A stretch of DNA of 48,257 nt from Elusimicrobiota bacterium (lineage in GTDB: Bacteria; Elusimicrobiota; Elusimicrobia; UBA1565; UBA9628), in contig JAGWJU010000001.1 in the NCBI GenBank assembly GCA_028865585.1, forward strand, positions 1 to 48,257, in the 5' to 3' direction. Position numbers and translations under genes: made by a program. This document shows positions 26,782 to 38,342 of the stretch, in pieces. The notes beneath the pieces were generated by a model, which made no database searches, was not told the DNA's origin, and saw only the letters and a program-made list of their open reading frames with translations. Each line of letters opens with the position of its first letter. The first letter of the stretch is position 1.

Positions 26782-28582
26782 GAATTTCAAGCAGCTGGCC
26801 CTGTGGGCGGTGGCGTTCATCCTTTTGGTGGCCTTGTTCCGCAACGTCAAGGCTCCCGAGCAGCAGATCAAGATCCCTTACTCCGAGTTCCAGTCCAAGC
26901 TCAAGGCCGGCGCGGTCGCGAGCGTGAAGGTCCAGCCGGATCTCATCGAGGGCAAGTACAAGGGCGCCGGCGGCCGGAGCGTGGACTTCGAGACCATCCC
27001 GCTTCCCGACGCCAACCTGGTCCAGGAACTGCAGACCTACCACGTCGCGCGCTACGAGGGCGAGCCCGACCGCAGCTGGATCACGAGCCTGGCCGTCAAC
27101 GTGGGCTGGATCGTGCTCTTCTTCGTCTTCTGGTGGCTTTTCTTCATCCGGCAGGTCCAGGTCGGCGGCAAGCAGGCCATGTCCTTCGGCCGGACGCGCG
27201 CCAAGCTCGCCGACGGCAACAAGAACAAGACCACCTTCGCCGACGTGGCTGGCTGCGACGAAGCCAAGGAGGAGCTCTCCGAGATCGTGGATTTCTTGAA
27301 GAACCCCGAGCAGTTCCGCAAGCTCGGCGGCAAGATGCCCCGGGGCGTCCTTCTCTTCGGGCTGCCCGGCACCGGCAAGACGCTCTTGGCCCGGGCCGTG
27401 GCCGGCGAAGCGGGCGTGCCCTTTTTCTCCGCCTCGGCCTCCGAGTTCGTGGAGATGTTCGTGGGCGTGGGCGCCTCCCGGGTCCGCGACTTGTTCGTGC
27501 AGGCCAAGAAGGCCGCGCCGGCCGTGATTTTCGTGGACGAGCTCGACGCCGTGGGCCGCCACCGCTTCGCGGGCATCGGCGGCGGCCACGACGAGCGCGA
27601 GCAGACCTTGAACCAGCTTTTGGTCGAACTGGACGGCTTCGAGCAGAACCAGGGCATCGTGCTCATCGCCGCCACCAACAGGCCCGACGTGCTCGATCCG
27701 GCGCTCCTGCGCCCGGGGCGCTTTGATCGCCAAATCAACGTCCCCGCGCCGCACTTGAAGGGCCGGGAGGAAATCCTGAAAGTCCACGCGCGCAACGTGA
27801 AGATGGCCCAAGGCGTGGATCTGGCGCTGGTCGCGCGGCGCACGCCGGGATTCTCCGGCGCGGATCTGGCCAACGTCATCAACGAGGCCGCGCTCCTGGC
27901 CGCGCGCAAGAAAAAAGAGGCCATCGAAACGGTGGATTTGGAGGAGGCCATCGAGCGCGTCATGGCCGGCCCCCAGAAAAAAACCAGCGTGATGTCGGAC
28001 AAGGAAAAACGCATCGTGGCCTACCACGAGTCCGGGCACACTTTGGTCGCGAAGATCCTGCCGGGCACCGATCCGGTCCACAAGGTGTCCATCATCTCGC
28101 GCGGCCACGCCCTGGGCTACACCCTGCAGCTGCCCACCGAGGACAAGTACCTGACCTCCAAGTCCGAGATCTTGAACCGCCTGGCCGTTCTTTTCGGGGG
28201 CCGCTGCGCCGAGGAAATCATCTTTTCCGACGTGACCACCGGAGCCTCGGACGACATCGCCAAGGCCTCCGCTTTCGCGATCCGCATGGTGACCGAGTTC
28301 GGCATGAGCGAGAAAATCGGCCCGCTGTCCCTCAAAAAGCCGGATCAGGAGATTTTCCTGGGCCGCGACATCGCCCAGCAGCCCAATTATTCCGACAACA
28401 CGGCGCGCTTGGTCGACGAGGAGGTCAAGCGCATCATCACCGAGGCGCAGAGCAAGGCCCGGGAGATCCTCTCCACGCACAAGCGGGCTCTGGACGCCCT
28501 CGCGGCCAAGCTTTTCGACCGCGAGGTCCTAAACGGAGAGGACATCGATGCCATCCTCCAGCAGGCCGGCGCCGCGGCTTGA
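26771..28582 (+). CDS. ftsH: ATP-dependent zinc metalloprotease FtsH
   Basis: Two N-terminal TM segments, AAA motif [23 protein letters not shown], zinc site HESGHTL. Confidence 0.97.
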   Translation: MENKNFKQLALWAVAFILLVALFRNVKAPEQQIKIPYSEFQSKLKAGAVASVKVQPDLIEGKYKGAGGRSVDFETIPLPDANLVQELQTYHVARYEGEPDRSWITSLAVNVGWIVLFFVFWWLFFIRQVQVGGKQAMSFGRTRAKLADGNKNKTTFADVAGCDEAKEELSEIVDFLKNPEQFRKLGGKMPRGVLLFGLPGTGKTLLARAVAGEAGVPFFSASASEFVEMFVGVGASRVRDLFVQAKKAAPAVIFVDELDAVGRHRFAGIGGGHDEREQTLNQLLVELDGFEQNQGIVLIAATNRPDVLDPALLRPGRFDRQINVPAPHLKGREEILKVHARNVKMAQGVDLALVARRTPGFSGADLANVINEAALLAARKKKEAIETVDLEEAIERVMAGPQKKTSVMSDKEKRIVAYHESGHTLVAKILPGTDPVHKVSIISRGHALGYTLQLPTEDKYLTSKSEILNRLAVLFGGRCAEEIIFSDVTTGASDDIAKASAFAIRMVTEFGMSEKIGPLSLKKPDQEIFLGRDIAQQPNYSDNTARLVDEEVKRIITEAQSKAREILSTHKRALDALAAKLFDREVLNGEDIDAILQQAGAAA

Positions 28583-29405
28583 GCCGCGGCTCTGGGGCGG
28601 CGCGCACGGGCCGCCTAAAATCATGGGCGTCATCAACGTGACGCCCGATTCCTTCTATCCCGGCTCGCGCGCGGCCACGCCCAAGGAGGCGGCCGCCTGC
28701 GCCCGGCGCATGAAGGAGGAGGGCGCGGACATTTTGGACGTGGGCGGCCAGTCCACGCGCCCGGGCTCGGAGCCCGTGCCGCTGGCCGAGGAGCTCCGCC
28801 GCGTGGTCCCGGCCGTGCGCGCGGCGGCCGAAGAGACGGGGCTTCCGGTTTCGGTCGACACGGACAAGGCCGAGGTCGCGCGCTTGGCGCGCCTGGCCGG
28901 CGCCTCCATTTTGAACGACGTCTCGGCCCTGCGCGCCGAGCCCGAGCTCGCGCATGAGGCCGCGAAATTCGACGCGGTCGTGCTCATGCACAGGCTGGGG
29001 GAGAGCTCCAAGACCATGCAGGACTCCCCGCGCTACGCGGACGTGGTCGCGGAGGTCCGCGATTTTTTGGCCGCGCGCCTGGAGGCCTTCGTTCAGGCCG
29101 GCGGCGACCGCGCGCGCGCGCTCATCGACCCGGGCATCGGCTTCGGCAAGACCCCGGCGCACAATTTATCCCTGCTCAAGCACCTGGACGCCTTCGCGCG
29201 CCTGGCGCCCGTGGTCCTGGGGGCGTCGCGCAAGTCGTTTTTGGGCGCCGTCATCCCGGATGAGGGCCCGGACGATCGCCTGCCGGGCAGCCTGGCCGCG
29301 GCCCTGTGCGCCGCGGCCTCGGGCGCGGCCGCGGTGCGCGTCCACGACGTGGACCAGACGCGCCGCGCCCTGGCGACGTTCTGGGCCGTGCGCGCGGCGT
29401 GCTGA
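28548..29405 (+). CDS. folP: Dihydropteroate synthase
   Basis: IMGVINVTPDSF, DILDVGGQSTRPG, DPGIGFGKT. Overlaps the ftsH end by 35 nt. An alternative ATG lies at 28623. Confidence 0.9.
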   Translation: MPSSSRPAPRLEPRLWGGAHGPPKIMGVINVTPDSFYPGSRAATPKEAAACARRMKEEGADILDVGGQSTRPGSEPVPLAEELRRVVPAVRAAAEETGLPVSVDTDKAEVARLARLAGASILNDVSALRAEPELAHEAAKFDAVVLMHRLGESSKTMQDSPRYADVVAEVRDFLAARLEAFVQAGGDRARALIDPGIGFGKTPAHNLSLLKHLDAFARLAPVVLGASRKSFLGAVIPDEGPDDRLPGSLAAALCAAASGAAAVRVHDVDQTRRALATFWAVRAAC

Positions 29406-29406
29406 G

Positions 29407-30780
29407 ATGGGCGCTCTCTTCGGCACCGACGGCGTGCGCGGCATCCCGGGGCGCTATCCGCTGACGCCCGAGGCCGTGCGCGCCATCGCGTTCTCCGCGG
29501 GAAAAATCCTGGCGGAAAAAGCCCGCGCCGGCGGGGGGCCGCCGGCCGTGCTCCTGGGCCGCGACACGCGGGAGAGCGGCCCGGCGCTCTGCCGGGACGC
29601 GGCCGCCGGATTCTCCGCGGCCGGCTGCCGGGTGTTGGATGCCGGCGTCATCCCCACGCCCGGAATTTCCTGCCTCATCCCGCGCTTGGGCGCCGCGGGC
29701 GGCGCCGTGGTCTCGGCCAGCCACAACCCGGCGCGCTTCAACGGCGTCAAGTTTTTCGACGCCGCGGGCTTCAAGCTCTGCCCCGAGGCCGAGGAGCGCA
29801 TCGAACGCGAGGTCGCCGGGCCCGCGCGCCCGGTCCGCCCGCGCCGCGCCCGCGCCGCGCCAAAGCGGCGGCCGGACTTGGCCGGACTCTACGCCGATTT
29901 CCTGCGCAGCACGTTTCCCGCGAATATCGATTTGTCGGGCCTGACCATCGCGTTGGACTGCGCCAACGGCGCCGCGGCCGAGATCGCCCCCGGACTGTTC
30001 GCGGCCTTGGGCGCCAAGGTCGTGCCCCTGGGCGTCTCGCCGGACGGCCGCAACATCAACGCCGGCTGCGGCGCGCTTTTCCCGGGGGCGGCGCGCCGGG
30101 CCGTGCTGCGGCACAAGGCCGATTGCGGCGTGTCCTTGGACGGCGACGCGGATCGCGCGCTCTTTACGGACGAGAAAGGACGGCTTTTGGACGGCGACGC
30201 CGTCATCTGCCTCTCCGCCCTGCGCTTGAAGCGCCTGGGCCTCCTGCGCAAGGACAAGGTGGCGCTCACGGTCATGTCCAACTACGCGCTGCTGCGCTTT
30301 TTGGAGTCCAAGGGCATCGCCAACGTCTGCGTGCCGGTGGGCGACCGCAACGTGACCGACGCCATCGAACGCGAGGGTTTGAGTTTGGGCGGCGAAACCT
30401 CGGGCCACGTGGTTTTCCGCCGCTTCGCGGCCACGGGCGACGGCCTCTTGACCGCGCTGCAGGTTTTGGCCGCGCTGCGCGAGTCCGGCGGGCGCTTGAG
30501 CGCCTTGGGGGGCGCCTTCCGCGCGGTGCCCCAGGCGGTCGAGAACGTGGAGACCGACTCCAAAATCCCCCTGGAGGACTTGCCCCGGCTCCAGAAAGCG
30601 CTGCGCCGCGGCGAGAGGGAGCTTCGCGGAAGGGGCCGAATTTTGCTTCGCTATTCAGGGACCGAGCCGGTCCTGCGCATCCTGGCCGAGGGCCCCAGCA
30701 AGGCCCGCGTCCGGGCCTTGGCGCGGGGACTGGCCGAGGCCTACCGCCGGGAGACCGGACAACAGGGAGGAAGAACATGA
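29407..30780 (+). CDS. glmM: Phosphoglucosamine mutase
   Basis: ORF 28954..30780 trimmed to ATG 29407 (MGALFGTDGVRG..). Active-site loop SASHNPARFNGVKFF. GDGDADR is replaced by LDGDADR. Confidence 0.93.
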   Translation: MGALFGTDGVRGIPGRYPLTPEAVRAIAFSAGKILAEKARAGGGPPAVLLGRDTRESGPALCRDAAAGFSAAGCRVLDAGVIPTPGISCLIPRLGAAGGAVVSASHNPARFNGVKFFDAAGFKLCPEAEERIEREVAGPARPVRPRRARAAPKRRPDLAGLYADFLRSTFPANIDLSGLTIALDCANGAAAEIAPGLFAALGAKVVPLGVSPDGRNINAGCGALFPGAARRAVLRHKADCGVSLDGDADRALFTDEKGRLLDGDAVICLSALRLKRLGLLRKDKVALTVMSNYALLRFLESKGIANVCVPVGDRNVTDAIEREGLSLGGETSGHVVFRRFAATGDGLLTALQVLAALRESGGRLSALGGAFRAVPQAVENVETDSKIPLEDLPRLQKALRRGERELRGRGRILLRYSGTEPVLRILAEGPSKARVRALARGLAEAYRRETGQQGGRT

Positions 30781-31502
30781 GGCTTTCCAGCCGCGTCAAA
30801 TTGGGCGTCAACATCGATCACGTCGCGACCCTGCGCCAGGCGCGCAAGGAGGCCGAGCCGGATCTTTTGGCCGCGGCCCGGGTGTGCCGCCAAGCCGGCG
30901 CGGACTCCGTCGTCGTGCACCTGCGCCGCGACCGGCGCCACGTCCAGGACGAGGACGTGCGCAAGCTCTGCGCGGCCCCCGGGCGCGTGCACCTGGAGAT
31001 TTCCTCGGAGCCCGCCATGATCGCGGCGGCCGTGAAGGCGCGGCCCAACTCCGTCTGCCTGGTGCCCGAGCGCCCGGGCGAGGTCACGACCGAGGGCGGC
31101 CTGAACCTCGCCAAAAACGGCCGGGCCGTCAAGGCCGCGGCCGCGCGGCTGAAGGCCAAGGGCGTCGGCGTGAGCCTTTTCATCGATCCGGAGGCGTCGG
31201 CGGTGCGCGCGGCCAGAAGCCTGGGCGCGGACGCCGTCGAGCTCTGCACCACGGCGTACTGCGCCGCGCGGGGACAAAAAGCCTCCGCGCAGGAGCTGGA
31301 GCGCCTGGAGCTGGCCGCGTACCTCGCCTACGAAATGGGCCTGGAGGTCCACGCCGGCCACGGGCTGGCCTACGACAACGTCAAGCCCGTCGCGTCGATT
31401 CCCCACCTGGGCGGCCTCAACATCGGGTTTTCCATCGTGGCCCGAGCGATGTTCGTGGGCCTGAAGTCCGCGGTTTCCGAGATGAAGGAGCTCGTCTCCT
31501 AG
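30777..31502 (+). CDS. pdxJ: Pyridoxine 5'-phosphate synthase
   Basis: ORF 30123..31502 trimmed to ATG 30777 (ATGA overlap with glmM). LGVNIDHVATLRQAR, HLRRDRRH, EVHAGHGL. Confidence 0.93.
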   Translation: MRLSSRVKLGVNIDHVATLRQARKEAEPDLLAAARVCRQAGADSVVVHLRRDRRHVQDEDVRKLCAAPGRVHLEISSEPAMIAAAVKARPNSVCLVPERPGEVTTEGGLNLAKNGRAVKAAAARLKAKGVGVSLFIDPEASAVRAARSLGADAVELCTTAYCAARGQKASAQELERLELAAYLAYEMGLEVHAGHGLAYDNVKPVASIPHLGGLNIGFSIVARAMFVGLKSAVSEMKELVS

Positions 31503-31511
31503 GCCAAGCGC

Positions 31512-33381
<1,870 letters not shown>

Positions 33382-33384
33382 GCC

Positions 33385-33726
33385 GTGGCCGCGGCTTTGG
33401 GCGTCGACATCGTGGACATCCGCCGCATCCGAGAGGCCGCCCGGCGCCGGCCGAAATTCCTGCCCCGGGTCTTTACGCCCGAGGAAATCGCCTACTGCAG
33501 GACCAAGAGCGATCCGTGGCCGCACTTCGCCGTGCGCTTCGCGGCCAAGGAGGCGGTCTGGAAGGCCGCGGGCATGAAGGGGATTTTCTTGAAGGACATC
33601 TCCGTCGCGCGCGACGCCTCGGGCCGGCCTTGGGCGCTCATCCGCGGCCGCAAAAGGCCCGGAATCGAAATCTCGCTTTCGCACAGCCGCGACTACGCGG
33701 TCGCGGTCGCCATGAAATCCCGATGA
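33385..33726 (+). CDS. acpS: Holo-[acyl-carrier-protein] synthase
   Basis: GVDIVDIRRI, FAAKEAVWKA, SLSHSRDYAVAVA. GTG start. Confidence 0.85.
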   Translation: MAAALGVDIVDIRRIREAARRRPKFLPRVFTPEEIAYCRTKSDPWPHFAVRFAAKEAVWKAAGMKGIFLKDISVARDASGRPWALIRGRKRPGIEISLSHSRDYAVAVAMKSR

Positions 33727-34643
33727 TCCGCCCGCCGCGGCCGAAAATCCTCTCGCGCCGGGAGCTGCGCGCGGCCTTGACGCCGCGGCGGCCCGGCGAT
33801 CACAAGGGCGTCTTCGGCCACGTCCTCGTCGTCGCGGGCTCGCGCGGGATGGCCGGCGCGGCGATCCTCTCGGCCCGCGCCGCGGCGCGCTCCGGGGCGG
33901 GCCTGGTCACTTCGGCCGTGCCGCGCGGGCTTCAGGACTTGGTCGCGGGCCAAGTCCCCGAGGCGATGACGCTGGGCCTGGCGCAGAGCCCGGCGGGCGC
34001 CTTCTCGCCGGCCGCGGCCGGCGAGCTCGCGCGCGCGGCCGAGAATAAAAACTTCACGGCGATGGCCGTCGGCCCGGGCCTCTCGCACCGGCCCGAGGCG
34101 GCCAAGTTTTTGCTCAGGCTCTTGGCCGCGGTCAAGACACCGGCCGTTTTGGACGCCGACGCGCTCAACATCCTGTCCGCATGCGAGCGGGGCGAAGTCC
34201 GGCGCCTGCTGGCGCGCCCGGGCGGCTGCGTCGTCACGCCGCACCCGGGCGAGATGGCCCGCGCCTTGAGGACCACCACGGCCCGCGTCGAGGCCGCGCG
34301 TCCGGCCGCGGCGCTGGCCTTGTCGCGCCGCTGGGGCTGCGCGGTCCTGCTCAAGGGGCGCCGCACGCTCGTCACGGACGGGTGGAGCCTTTGGATGAAC
34401 GCGACCGGCGGGCCGGCCCTGGCCAAGGGCGGCTCGGGCGACGTTTTGACCGGACTCTTGGCGGGACTTTGGGCCCAGCGCCTGGCCTCGGGCCGGGGTC
34501 CGAGCGACGCCGCCCAATCGGCCGCGCTGGCCGCGTGGCTCCACGGCAAGGCGGGCGAGGCGGCCGGGCGCCTCGCCACGCCCTGGGCTTCGACCGCGTC
34601 CTTGGTCGTCGAAAAATTTCCCGAGGCTTTTAAAGCGCTATGA
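33723..34643 (+). CDS. nnrD: ADP-dependent NAD(P)H-hydrate dehydratase (YjeF C-terminal type only)
   Basis: ORF 33516..34643 trimmed to ATG 33723 (ATGA overlap with acpS). HKGVFGHVLVVAGSRGMAGAAILSARAA.RSGAG, GGSGDVLTG. Confidence 0.85.
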   Translation: MIRPPRPKILSRRELRAALTPRRPGDHKGVFGHVLVVAGSRGMAGAAILSARAAARSGAGLVTSAVPRGLQDLVAGQVPEAMTLGLAQSPAGAFSPAAAGELARAAENKNFTAMAVGPGLSHRPEAAKFLLRLLAAVKTPAVLDADALNILSACERGEVRRLLARPGGCVVTPHPGEMARALRTTTARVEAARPAAALALSRRWGCAVLLKGRRTLVTDGWSLWMNATGGPALAKGGSGDVLTGLLAGLWAQRLASGRGPSDAAQSAALAAWLHGKAGEAAGRLATPWASTASLVVEKFPEAFKAL

Positions 34644-35113
34644 CCGCGTCCTCGTCCCGGAGCTTCGTGACCCGGAGCGCTGCCGAGACCGTGGCCCTGG
34701 GCCGGCGGCTGGGAAAAGCCCTGCGCGGCGGAGACGTGGTTCTTCTTTCGGGCGACTTGGGCAGCGGCAAGACGACTCTGGCCAAGGGCATCGCGGCCGG
34801 CGCGGGCTTTAAGGGCCTGGTCGCGAGCCCGACCTTTACGCTGGCGCACACCTACCGCGCGCGGCGCGGCGCGGTCTACCATCTTGATCTCTACCGCATC
34901 GCCGCGGCCGAGTCGGGCGACATCGGCATCGAGGACTTCCTGGCCGACGCCTCGGGCGTCTGCCTCATCGAATGGCCCGCCGCCGCCCAGGCCTATTGCC
35001 CGAAAGACCGCCTCGAGGTCTCTCTCGCGGTGGCGCCGCGCGGGCGCCGCCTGAAGTTCCGCGCGCGCGGCCCCAGGGGGCGCGCGGTGCTCAAGGCGCT
35101 GGGGCGGGCATGA
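34640..35113 (+). CDS. tsaE: tRNA t6A37 biosynthesis ATPase TsaE
   Basis: LSGDLGSGKTTLAKGI, SPTFTL.H.Y, HLDLYR. ATGA overlap with nnrD. Confidence 0.85.
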   Translation: MTASSSRSFVTRSAAETVALGRRLGKALRGGDVVLLSGDLGSGKTTLAKGIAAGAGFKGLVASPTFTLAHTYRARRGAVYHLDLYRIAAAESGDIGIEDFLADASGVCLIEWPAAAQAYCPKDRLEVSLAVAPRGRRLKFRARGPRGRAVLKALGRA

Positions 35114-35736
35114 ACATCCTCGCGGTCGACTCCTCGGGGCCGGACTTGAGCGTGGCGCTTTTGTCCCGCGGAAAGATTTATTCCCTTTCGCGCCGCGGCT
35201 CCGCCAGGCCCCACGACGAGACGATTTTTCCCGCCGCGGCGGAAATCCTGCGCCGGGCCCGCCTGGCGCTCAAGGACTTGGACGCCGTCGCCGCGGCGGC
35301 GGGCCCCGGGCGCTTCACCGGCATCCGCATCGGCATGGCCTACGCCGCGGTCACCGCGGGGACGCTGGGCGTTCCGGCCCTTTCCGTTTCGCGCCTGGAG
35401 GCGGCGGCCTTCGCTTTCGCGCGGGGCGGCCGGCGCTGCCCGGCCTTGACGGGCCCGCGCGGGGAAGTGTTCCATCAGGGCTTTTCCGGCGCGGCCGGCC
35501 GCGCGCCCACGCCCGCCGCCAAGCCCGCCTGGGCCGAGGCCGCGGCGTGGCCCGCGGCGAAGGCCCAATGGGAGAAGCGCGGCTTCGCGGTGTTCGAGGC
35601 CGCGCCCGGCGCCCGGGATCTTCTGGCGCCCGCGGCCGCGGCGCTTTCGGGCGGCAAGCGTCCCGCCTTCGAGCCGCTCTACTTGAAGACCGCCGGCTAT
35701 GAAAAACGACGGCATCCGACCGGCCCGGCCTGCTGA
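35110..35736 (+). CDS. tsaB: tRNA t6A37 biosynthesis protein TsaB
   Basis: ORF 34972..35736 trimmed to ATG 35110 (ATGA overlap with tsaE). MNILAVDSSG.., GPGRFTGIRIGMA. Confidence 0.8.
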   Translation: MNILAVDSSGPDLSVALLSRGKIYSLSRRGSARPHDETIFPAAAEILRRARLALKDLDAVAAAAGPGRFTGIRIGMAYAAVTAGTLGVPALSVSRLEAAAFAFARGGRRCPALTGPRGEVFHQGFSGAAGRAPTPAAKPAWAEAAAWPAAKAQWEKRGFAVFEAAPGARDLLAPAAAALSGGKRPAFEPLYLKTAGYEKRRHPTGPAC

Positions 35737-36151
35737 TTTAGACGCCCTTCTGGCCATCGAGGCCCGCTGGCCCACCGCGCCCGGCTGGAGCCGCGCGCAG
35801 TTCGAGCGCGAGATGTCCTGGGAGCGCTCGTACTTCGTCGTGCTGGAGGAAAACGGCGCGGTCGCGGGCTACGCCGGCCTGTGGGAGATCCCGCCCGAGG
35901 GCCAGGTGACCACGATCGCGGTGGCTCCCGAGTCGTCGGGGCGCGGCCTGGGCCGCCGGCTCTTGAACGCGCTTTTGGGGCGCTGCCGGGAGCGGGGCCT
36001 TTCGAGCGTCACTCTCGAAGTCAGCGCGAAAAACCCGGCGGCCATCGCCCTCTACGAGTCGTCGGGCTTCCGCGTTGTGGGCCGGAGGCCAAAATTCTAT
36101 AATGACGGCTCCGATGCCCTCTTGATGGATCTCTCCCTTGAAGCCTCTTAA
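35699..36151 (+). CDS. rimI: GNAT acetyltransferase, RimI-like
   Basis: 150 aa GNAT fold (IAVAPESSGRGLGRRLL), in the usual tsaB-rimI position. Confidence 0.75.
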   Translation: MKNDGIRPARPADLDALLAIEARWPTAPGWSRAQFEREMSWERSYFVVLEENGAVAGYAGLWEIPPEGQVTTIAVAPESSGRGLGRRLLNALLGRCRERGLSSVTLEVSAKNPAAIALYESSGFRVVGRRPKFYNDGSDALLMDLSLEAS

Positions 36152-38342
36152 GCGCGCGGCCGTTCTGGCGGCCCTGGCCCTGGCCCTGGGCCTTTGGGCG
36201 CCTCGGGCGGCTCTCGCGCAGGACGCCGCCGCGGCTTCCGCGCGCAATCCCGGCCTGGATTTTTACTTGAAGGCCCTGCTGCTGGAAAACCGGGGCGACA
36301 GCGCGGGCGCGCTCAAGGCCTACCGCGCCGCGTTGGAGCGCGATCCGGACTCCGCCTATCTTCTGCGCCAGGCCGCCCGGGAGGCCCTCAACTCCAACGA
36401 CGCGGCCGAGGCCGGGGACTGGGCTCGGCGGGCCGTGGCCGCGGACTCCTCGGACGCCAAGTCCTACCTGCTTCTGGGCCAGGTCGCCTGGTCCGCGGGC
36501 GAGAAAGACGCGGCCCTCTCGGCCTTCGAGCGGACGCTGGAGCTTAATCCGGCCTCCGCCGACGCGGCGTTTTCCGAGGCCGAAATCCTCGCCGTGGACT
36601 CTCCGGCCCGGGCGCTTGGGTTTCTGGAGGCATTTTTGACGCGCAACCCGGCCGAGGCGTCCGCGGTCCGCTACGAGCGGGCCAAAATCGAGATCATGGC
36701 GGGGGACTTGGACCGGGCCCGCGGGGAGCTGGAGTCCGCCGCGTCCATGGATCCGGAGCTGGACACCCTGGAGGGCCGCTACGCCCTGGCCCAGGCCTAC
36801 GAGGTCAGGGCGGACACGGCGTCGGCGCTCGCCCAGTACCGCGTCATCCTGGACCAAGCGGGGCCCAGCGCCCCGCTGCTCGATCACATGGGGGACCTTC
36901 TTCTCGAGGAGAACGACGGCCGGGCGGCGCGCGCGCGCTTTTTAGCCGCGCACGAGCTCTCGCCCTCGGACGCGGAGGCCGACGACTATCTGGCCGCGGA
37001 CGCGGAGGGCCGGGGGGACTTTCCCGCCGCGGCGGCCTTCATCAGCTCGAGCGCGGCCCTGGGGCAGGATCCGGCGCTCTCCTTGCGCCTGAGCTACGAT
37101 TTGACGCAGATGGACCAAACGCCCGCGGCGGTCAGGGCCCTCGAGCGCGCGCACGCGCTCTGGCCGGACAACATCGAGGTTTCCTATTTCCTGGCCCTGG
37201 GCCGGCGGGATCTCGGGCAAAACGCCGCGGCCGAGGCGCTTTTGCGCTCCGTCGTGAAGGCGCGGCCGGATTTCCGCGACGCGCGCTACCAGCTGGGAAG
37301 CCTGCTTGAGTCCGAGGACAGGATGGCCGAGTCGGAAAAGGAGTTCGACGCGCTTCTTGCGCGCGACCCCAACGACGCCGCGGCCCTGAACTATTTGGGT
37401 TATTCGCTGGCCGATCGGGGCCTGCAGTTGGCCAAGGCCGAGAGCCTGGCCGGCCGGGCCGTCAAGCTCGATCCGAACAACGGCGCCTACGTCGACTCCC
37501 TGGGCTGGGCGTACTTCAAGGAGGGCCGCTCGACCGAGGCGGTGAGCGAACTCGCGCGCGCCGTCTCCCTCATCCCGGACGACGAGACCATCTGGAAGCA
37601 CCTGGGCGAGGCCTACGCGCAGAAAGGCGACTGGCCGGCGTCCTGGAAGGCCCTGATGCGCTCCGCGTCCTTGGCCGCGCCGAAATTTTCCGGCGACTCC
37701 CTCGCCCGGCCCGCGCGCAAGCGCCTCCTGGCCGCGCAGTTGGGGCCGCTCTATCTCAAGTATCTCGCCGCGGCGCAGGGCGGCGTCGAGCGCGTCTCGG
37801 GCCTCTGCGCGGTGCGCGGCAAGGTTCTGGGCCGGACATTCTCGTTTTCGGGCCTCATCTCCTTCCGCGGGCCCGGCGACCTCGACCTGGAGTGGACGGG
37901 CCCGCTGTTCACGCCGATTGCGGACTTTCGCCTGGATGAAAAAGGCCTGCGCGTCTCCGCCGGGGCGCTGGAAGCGGCGGGCTTGGACCCCGCCGCGGTC
38001 AAGGCCGCGGCCGGCGCGGCCTTGGAGCTTTTGCGCGGCTACTTGAGCGGCGCCGTCTACGCGCAGTCCTCGGCGCGCTACGCCGATCCTTGGTTTTCCA
38101 AGTCCCGGCTGGAGGGGCCGGACTGGACCCTGGCCTTGGGCCGCGGCGGGCTCTTCGTCTCCGAGGTGCGTTCGCCGCGGTGGCCGGGCGTGGTCCTGCG
38201 GCTGCGCCGCTTCTCCTTTCAGAACGGCCGCGCCCTGCCGCGCGAGTTCGTCTTCTCCGGAAGGGGCTTCGCGATGGACGTCGTCCTCACGCAGGTCCAC
38301 GTGCGCTTCTCCCCGCTCTCCGCGGCCGCGTTGGTCCCATGA
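36138..38342 (+). CDS. Secreted TPR-repeat protein with a non-TPR C-terminal LolB/DUF4292-like domain
   Basis: TTG start. Signal peptide ..ALALALGLWAPRAALA/Q, followed by ~450 aa of TPR repeats. The C-terminal ~230 aa (..FSFSGLISFRGPGDLDLEWTGPLFTPIADFRL..) follow the LolB-like strand pattern. Sits immediately upstream of ispE. Confidence 0.7.
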   Translation: MKPLKRAAVLAALALALGLWAPRAALAQDAAAASARNPGLDFYLKALLLENRGDSAGALKAYRAALERDPDSAYLLRQAAREALNSNDAAEAGDWARRAVAADSSDAKSYLLLGQVAWSAGEKDAALSAFERTLELNPASADAAFSEAEILAVDSPARALGFLEAFLTRNPAEASAVRYERAKIEIMAGDLDRARGELESAASMDPELDTLEGRYALAQAYEVRADTASALAQYRVILDQAGPSAPLLDHMGDLLLEENDGRAARARFLAAHELSPSDAEADDYLAADAEGRGDFPAAAAFISSSAALGQDPALSLRLSYDLTQMDQTPAAVRALERAHALWPDNIEVSYFLALGRRDLGQNAAAEALLRSVVKARPDFRDARYQLGSLLESEDRMAESEKEFDALLARDPNDAAALNYLGYSLADRGLQLAKAESLAGRAVKLDPNNGAYVDSLGWAYFKEGRSTEAVSELARAVSLIPDDETIWKHLGEAYAQKGDWPASWKALMRSASLAAPKFSGDSLARPARKRLLAAQLGPLYLKYLAAAQGGVERVSGLCAVRGKVLGRTFSFSGLISFRGPGDLDLEWTGPLFTPIADFRLDEKGLRVSAGALEAAGLDPAAVKAAAGAALELLRGYLSGAVYAQSSARYADPWFSKSRLEGPDWTLALGRGGLFVSEVRSPRWPGVVLRLRRFSFQNGRALPREFVFSGRGFAMDVVLTQVHVRFSPLSAAALVP

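Noticed and set aside
31503-31511. A glmS ribozyme or riboswitch upstream of glmS.
   Set aside because: The intergenic gap is only 9 nt, so no space exists for the element.
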